Shown: piece after piece, positions 6,795-11,172 of the stretch | Layout of the letters: every line of letters starts with the position of its first letter | Numbering within the stretch: position 1 is the first letter of the stretch | Source: Gemmatimonadaceae bacterium | GTDB taxonomy: Bacteria > Gemmatimonadota > Gemmatimonadetes > Gemmatimonadales > Gemmatimonadaceae | Direction: 5' to 3' | Assembly: GCA_033763905.1 (NCBI GenBank) | Contig: JANRJP010000134.1 | Location: 1-11,172, forward strand | DNA: 11,172 nucleotides | Translations under genes and position numbers: made by a program | The notes under the pieces: model-generated | Seen by the model: the letters and a program-made list of their open reading frames with translations, nothing else | The model's database searches: none | What the model was told of the DNA's origin: nothing

Positions 6795-8024
6795 ATGACC
6801 ACTGGTACGCTGACCCCGATCGCCCCCGAGGCATTCGATGCCTTGAAGCGTGGCGACGAATCGACACTCGAGCAGCTCTTCAAGGCGGATTACGCCCCGC
6901 TGGAGTCCGAAGCGGAAGCCACCTTGCGCGACCCTGCCGCCGCCGCGCGCGCGGTGGAACACGCGTTCGTCCACGCGTGGGCGGAGCGCGAGAAAGTCGA
7001 CACGCCCGAAGGCTTCAATGCCACGCTGCTGCACGCGCTGCACGAAGAGACGGCGCGCGAGCGCCGACGCATTGCTGCGGCGCAACGGATGGCGTCCGGT
7101 CGTGCCCGGACCACATCGCACGATCCGGTCAGCGCCGATGCGGCGTGGGAGGCGGTGCAGCAGGCCCTGCATCCCGCCCCGATCGACGACGCCGCTTCGC
7201 ACGCTCGGCAGCGCGAAGAAGCCAAGCATCACACCGCGCATCACGTCGCCGCGCTCGGCGCCAAGCCGAACACGTGGGCGATGGTGGCGACGGTCTTGCT
7301 GGTGATCGCCCTCGGCATCGGCGCGGTGGTCTGGCTCGACCGCGAAGGCGCGTCGGCGCGCGTAACGGCGGCCTTGTCGAGTCCCGATGCACGGCTGATC
7401 AAGACGGAGCCGGGCCAGATGGGCGGCTTCACCTTGGGCGACGGCGGCGAGATCAGCCTCGGGCCGCAGAGCGCCGTCCGGATTCCACCGGGCTACAACG
7501 CGAGACTGCGTGCGGTGCGCGTGGAAGGCGCCGCCGTCATCACGGTCGCACCGAACGCCGAGTTGCCATTTGAAGCGCGCCTCGGTGATGTCGCCGTGGT
7601 CGCGACGGGTACCCGCTTCGCCTTGCGGCACTTCCCGGAGGAATCGGTGTCGGCCGTGCGGGTGCTGGAAGGCAGCGTCAACGTACGCGTGGACAAGACG
7701 CTGACATCGGTGGTGGCCGGGCAGACCCTGCTCGTGACCGCCAATGGTTCGCGCATCGCGTCGGACGATGAACGTGTTCGCAGCACGGGCTGGGTCGACG
7801 GCACGATTCGTCTGTCGGGGATCACGCTCGAGCAGGCCTTGCCCGAACTGCGCCGGTGGTGGGGGCTCGTGCTGACCATTCCGGACGCCTCGGTGCGGAC
7901 GCGGGCGCTCACGATGGATGCGCCACTGAACGACGTGAACGCCGCCATCGCTGTGCTCGAGTCCGCTGCGAACGTGCGGGTGACGTGGGAGAACAAGCAG
8001 ATGGTGTTGCGCGCGGCGCCGTGA
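6795..8024 (+). CDS. FecR-family transmembrane sensor (~409 aa) with an N-terminal degenerate ECF sigma region-2-like domain
   Basis: The periplasmic part matches the FecR pattern (TEPGQMGGFTLGDGGEISLGPQS...RAVRVEGAAVITVA...PFEARLGDVAVVATGTRF...VRVLEGSVNV), followed by a FecR C-terminal-like region (GWVDGTIRLSGITLEQALPELRRWWG). There is a single TM helix, WAMVATVLLVIALGIGAVVWL (~7275-7337). The start was chosen from the strong SD. Confidence 0.88.
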   Translation: MTTGTLTPIAPEAFDALKRGDESTLEQLFKADYAPLESEAEATLRDPAAAARAVEHAFVHAWAEREKVDTPEGFNATLLHALHEETARERRRIAAAQRMASGRARTTSHDPVSADAAWEAVQQALHPAPIDDAASHARQREEAKHHTAHHVAALGAKPNTWAMVATVLLVIALGIGAVVWLDREGASARVTAALSSPDARLIKTEPGQMGGFTLGDGGEISLGPQSAVRIPPGYNARLRAVRVEGAAVITVAPNAELPFEARLGDVAVVATGTRFALRHFPEESVSAVRVLEGSVNVRVDKTLTSVVAGQTLLVTANGSRIASDDERVRSTGWVDGTIRLSGITLEQALPELRRWWGLVLTIPDASVRTRALTMDAPLNDVNAAIAVLESAANVRVTWENKQMVLRAAP

Positions 8025-8075
8025 GCCGCGCGGTGGCCGGCCCGCTCTGGGACGGCCGCCGTGGGGCCCGCGGCT
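8024..8075. terminator. GC-rich inverted repeat between the convergent FecR and AAA genes. Possible bidirectional terminator or 3' stabilising hairpin.
   Basis: CGGTGGCCG (8031-8039) pairs with CGGCCGCCG (8053-8061) with one G-U. Outer AGCCGCG (8024-8030) pairs with CGCGGCT (8069-8075). There is no U-tract. Confidence 0.35.
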
Positions 8076-9567
8076 AGGCCGCCGGCACCGTGCGAGTGGA
8101 CGCCCAATGGCGGAGCGACGCGAGTTGCTCCGCCATTGTCGCGCTCAGCGGACGGGTCCTGGCCAGCTCGTCGGCCAGTCCTTGCTGAGTGAGCGCCGTG
8201 CCCGTCGCAAACGCGGCGTACAGTGCCCCGACAACGGCCGCTTCGATTTCGGCACCGCTGAAGCCGTCGGCCGCGGCCGCGAGCGCGTGTAGATCGAAGG
8301 CCTCGACCTGCTGGCGCCGACGCGCGAGATGAATCGCGAACACGTCGCGACGCGCGTCCAAAGTGGGCAGATCGACGAAGAAGATTTCGTCGAATCGCCC
8401 TTTACGAATGAACTCCGGCGGCAACTTCGAGACGTCGTTGGCGGTCGCCACTACGAATACGTCGCCGGCGCGGTCCTGTAGCCACGCGAGGAAGCTGCCG
8501 AAGATCCGCTTCGACAGTCCGCCGTCGCCATCGCTGGACCCCGCAGCGAACGCTTTCTCCAGCTCATCGATCCACAGCACCACCGGTGCCAGACGTTCGG
8601 CCGTTGCCAGCGCGCGCTTGAAGTTCTTCTCGCTCTCACCCACGAAGCGATCGTACAGGTTGGCCGGGTCGAGCTTGAGCAGTGGCACGCCCCACTCGCG
8701 GGCCACGGCCTTCGCGCACAGACTCTTGCCGCAGCCCGGCACACCGAGCAGCAGCACGCCCTTCGGATACGGCAAACCCATCGCCGCCGCGCGCTGCGGA
8801 TCGGCCACGACCGCACGCCGCTGGGACAGCCAGCGCTTGAGTCCATCGAGGCCCGCCACCCCATCGAGCGTGGCGTCCGACGGCGCGTAGTCGAGCAGCC
8901 CGTCCTGCTCCACGACTTGCCGCTTGGCCGCATTCACACGGGCCACGTCGTCGGCGGTGAGCGCACCGTCCTCGATGATCAGCCGCGTGATGATCCGTTC
9001 CGCCTCATGCAGCGTCAGCCCGGCGAGGTTGTTGATCAGACGCACGCGCTCTTCGTGGGTGAGCGTCACGCGCACGGGGCTGCGGGCCGAGAGTACCCGG
9101 ATCGTGCGTTCCAGCAGTTGCCGGAACTCTTCAACGGTCGGCGGCGGCAAACGGAGCGTCGTCGCAAAGCGCCTCAGTGCGTCGGGGAGCCGGATTTCGT
9201 GTCCCGAGATCACCACCGCGCCGCGGCGTGTGCCGAAGTACGCCGCCGCCTCGGCGAGATGACTCTGCACTTCCGCGTCTTCCAGGTGCAGGCCCAATTC
9301 GCGAAAGTGATACACGCCCGCGCCCACCTCGGGAATCTGTGCCAGCGCCTGCGCCGGATACCCCGTGTCGGGGACGGCCGGCGCGGTGCGCTCCAAGCCG
9401 CGGCGCAGACCGGTGGCCCGCCGCCAGCCGAAGGCGAGCAGCGACGCCTTCGCGGCCGCGCGTTCGAGCAGCTCGTCCACCCGCTCCGATTCATCGCTCG
9501 GGACGAGGATGATCGCATAGCGGGAGCGCAACAACAGGTCCAGTTCGTCGAGCGGATCGGCAACCAT
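8074..9567 (-). CDS. AAA+ ATPase, Ycf46-like (~497 aa)
   Basis: Walker A GVPGCGKS, Walker B VLWIDELEK, sensor VVATAN and SRH 'PPEFIRKGRFDEIFFVDLP' are present. The N-terminus 'LDLLLRSRYAII' with a degenerate first AAA module, and the C-terminus 'TRPLSATMAEQLASLRHWA..R.VPA', are typical of Ycf46-type proteins. ATG at 9567 is preferred to TTG at 9582. Confidence 0.92.
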   Translation of the reverse strand: MVADPLDELDLLLRSRYAIILVPSDESERVDELLERAAAKASLLAFGWRRATGLRRGLERTAPAVPDTGYPAQALAQIPEVGAGVYHFRELGLHLEDAEVQSHLAEAAAYFGTRRGAVVISGHEIRLPDALRRFATTLRLPPPTVEEFRQLLERTIRVLSARSPVRVTLTHEERVRLINNLAGLTLHEAERIITRLIIEDGALTADDVARVNAAKRQVVEQDGLLDYAPSDATLDGVAGLDGLKRWLSQRRAVVADPQRAAAMGLPYPKGVLLLGVPGCGKSLCAKAVAREWGVPLLKLDPANLYDRFVGESEKNFKRALATAERLAPVVLWIDELEKAFAAGSSDGDGGLSKRIFGSFLAWLQDRAGDVFVVATANDVSKLPPEFIRKGRFDEIFFVDLPTLDARRDVFAIHLARRRQQVEAFDLHALAAAADGFSGAEIEAAVVGALYAAFATGTALTQQGLADELARTRPLSATMAEQLASLRHWASTRTVPAA

Positions 9568-9568
9568 A

Positions 9569-9599
9569 TGGACGGCGGGCAAGGTGTTTCCCTATTGTA
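9569..9599. promoter_or_regulatory. Candidate overlapping divergent promoter in the 36-bp gap between the AAA and GspF/PilC-family genes
   Basis: The plus strand has TGGACG (9569-9574), 18 nt, TATTGT (9593-9598), 5 nt, then ATG 9604. The minus strand has TACAAT (9599-9594) pointing at the AAA start (9567). This is an AT-rich patch in GC-rich surroundings. Confidence 0.5.
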
Positions 9600-9603
9600 C
9601 CCG

Positions 9604-10422
9604 ATGCCGTCGCTCGCCGGAGGATGGGACGCGCTCAAGATCGGCCAGCACCGCGCCGCGCTGTATCGGGCGTGGGGCGCTGCGTACAATGCCGGCTTCC
9701 CGCACACACGCGCGATGGCGATGCTCGGCGCACAACCGGCGACCACCGAACCCCTGCGACGCGCGATTGAACAGGGCGGGTCGCGCGGGGCCTCACTTGC
9801 GGCCTCGCTGCGCGCGGCGCCTACCGTCGCCGAGCCGTTCGAGGCAGCGCTGCTGATCACTGGTGAGGAGTCGGGCACGATCGACGCGTCCTTGCGACTG
9901 CTTGCCGAGCACTGGACGGCTCACCAGCGGCTGATGCAGTGGGTGGTCAAGCAGATGACCTACCCGCTGATGACCGCGTTCGCGGCGTGCTTCATCGCGC
10001 CATTCCCGTTGGCGTACTTCGGCCACGTCGGTGCGTATGCCGTCGTGTCGGTTGGTAGCGCCGTCGCGCTTGTCACGAGTGGTGGGGCCATCGTCGGACT
10101 GATCGCGCGTTCGTTCGCCAGGCGGCCATCACTGGTGGTCGCCCGATTGATTCGCACGCTGGCGACGGCCGTCGAGGCCGGCCTTCCGCTGGACCGTGTG
10201 ACGTCCCTCGCCGCAGCGGCGAGCGGCGACCCGGCGATCGTGGCACACGTGGAGCGCCAGTCTCCAAGAGCCCGCGCCACGCAATCGCTCACGGACACCC
10301 TCCGAGGGATCCCGCAGCTGACGCCGGACGTCTACGCGATGCTCAGCGTGGCGGATCGCACGGGCGACTACAGCACGACGCTGAGCAAGCTCGCGTCGCT
10401 ACTCGAGGACGGCTTCAGGTAG
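9604..10422 (+). CDS. Type II secretion system F / PilC-family inner-membrane protein, compact form (~272 aa)
   Basis: Two T2SSF-like repeats are present: 'AYNAGFP...GASLAASL...AALLITGEESGTIDASLRLLAEH...MTYP' and 'ARLIRTLATAVEAGLPL...SLTDTL...MLSVADRTGDYSTTLSKLA'. They are separated by hydrophobic segments. The track ORF from 8917 is an antisense extension over the AAA gene. Confidence 0.85.
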   Translation: MPSLAGGWDALKIGQHRAALYRAWGAAYNAGFPHTRAMAMLGAQPATTEPLRRAIEQGGSRGASLAASLRAAPTVAEPFEAALLITGEESGTIDASLRLLAEHWTAHQRLMQWVVKQMTYPLMTAFAACFIAPFPLAYFGHVGAYAVVSVGSAVALVTSGGAIVGLIARSFARRPSLVVARLIRTLATAVEAGLPLDRVTSLAAAASGDPAIVAHVERQSPRARATQSLTDTLRGIPQLTPDVYAMLSVADRTGDYSTTLSKLASLLEDGFR

Positions 10423-10951
10423 CGGGTGGCGTCGCGCGTCGGCGGCGGACCAACTGCCAGAGCGCCGCGACCACGCCCGAGAGCACCAAATACTTCGCCG
10501 CGCGCCCAAGCACCGCGCCCACGAGCAGCGTGGGGAGGGGCATCGCGGTGGATCCGGCCACGACCGTGTACGCCGCGAACGGGATGGGCGTGAAGCCGGA
10601 CGTGCCGAGCGCCACGAAGGGATGCTGTCGATACGCCGCCGCGACCTGCGTGATGTATGGTCGTACTGCGTCCGGCCACACCACCGCGCTCGGCGCCGCG
10701 GCCGCCAACGCCTCGCCGAGGGACCACCCGGCCCAACTCCCGAACGCAGCGCCAAGTAGCGTCAGGCCAAGCAACCGAGACAGGCGCTGCCCCGGCACGG
10801 CGGCGCAGGCGAGGAAGATCACTTCGGTCGGCGCCGGAAACACCGAGGCTTCCAACGCCGCGGCCGGCACCAGCAGCCACGGCCCCCAGCGGGTGCCGAG
10901 GGCCTGGCGCCACGCCGACCACGGCGACGGCGACGTGCCGCGCGGGGTCAG
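10415..10951 (-). CDS. YqaA-like / VTT-domain (SNARE-associated, DedA superfamily) membrane protein. Start uncertain (GTG 10870 or CTG 10951).
   Basis: Motifs [44 protein letters not shown] and [11 protein letters not shown] match the YqaA/DedA pattern. The frame stays open upstream of 10870 and encodes [27 protein letters not shown]. Confidence 0.82.
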   Translation of the reverse strand: MTPRGTSPSPWSAWRQALGTRWGPWLLVPAAALEASVFPAPTEVIFLACAAVPGQRLSRLLGLTLLGAAFGSWAGWSLGEALAAAAPSAVVWPDAVRPYITQVAAAYRQHPFVALGTSGFTPIPFAAYTVVAGSTAMPLPTLLVGAVLGRAAKYLVLSGVVAALWQLVRRRRATPPAT

Positions 10952-11172
10952 GACCAGCGCAGGTCGTGCCGGGTCAGCGGCAACGAGCGGATGCGCGTGC
11001 CGGTGGCCGCAAAGATCGCGTTCGTGAGGGCAGGGATCACCGGTGGCAATGCCGGCTCACCCATTCCGGTGGGCGGGAACTCCGTCTTCCGGAAGTGCAC
11101 CTCGACTGGCGGCACTTCGGTGATGCGCAGCAGCTCGAAGTCGTCGAAGCTGTTCTGCATCACTCGACCGCC
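10948..11172 (-). CDS. C-terminal end of a xanthine-dehydrogenase-family molybdopterin-binding subunit (isoquinoline 1-oxidoreductase beta-like). Partial, starting beyond the right edge.
   Basis: [27 protein letters not shown]...[33 protein letters not shown] has the G.GEP catalytic-Glu motif and the ANA.FAATG.R.R.LP-type terminus. Confidence 0.92.
   Translation of the reverse strand, partial: GGRVMQNSFDDFELLRITEVPPVEVHFRKTEFPPTGMGEPALPPVIPALTNAIFAATGTRIRSLPLTRHDLRWS

Noticed and set aside
8917..9603. First ~229 codons of the 501-aa ORF, suggesting a large fusion with the T2SSF domain
   Set aside because: They lie antisense to the AAA ATPase. Family similarity starts only at ATG 9604.
8074..10422. 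AAA ATPase plus GspF/PilC as a type II secretion or type IV pilus operon
   Set aside because: The ATPase is a classic AAA (SRH, Ycf46-like), not a PilB/GspE secretion ATPase. The genes are divergent and no pilin or secretin genes are present.

Overview
This is a GC-rich bacterial window of densely packed genes. A Gemmatimonadota-like origin is only an impression from the gene repertoire. In order it holds: the 5' part of a Tex transcription accessory protein (-, not in the ORF track because it runs off the left edge), a DUF2207-type membrane protein with a Gly/Ser tail (+), a DUF3179-type CxxC membrane protein (-), a secreted M28 metallopeptidase (+), a structured ~150-bp intergenic region, a FecR-family protein (+), a Ycf46-like AAA+ ATPase (-), a compact orphan GspF/PilC-family protein (+), a YqaA/VTT (DedA-superfamily) membrane protein (-), and the 3' end of a xanthine-dehydrogenase-family (IorB-like) molybdopterin subunit (-). 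The best candidate for an undescribed system is the FecR protein. Its cytoplasmic N-terminus looks like a degenerate, His-rich ECF sigma region-2 domain with no region 4, fused through a TM helix to a FecR sensor, and no sigma factor or TonB-dependent receptor gene lies next to it. Other leads are a possible CTG start coupled through a CTGA overlap, several probable leaderless genes with one overlapping bidirectional -10 element, and a truncated PilC architecture. No mobile elements, CRISPR arrays, tRNA or rRNA were seen. All family calls come from motif recognition by eye, and no database searches were run.
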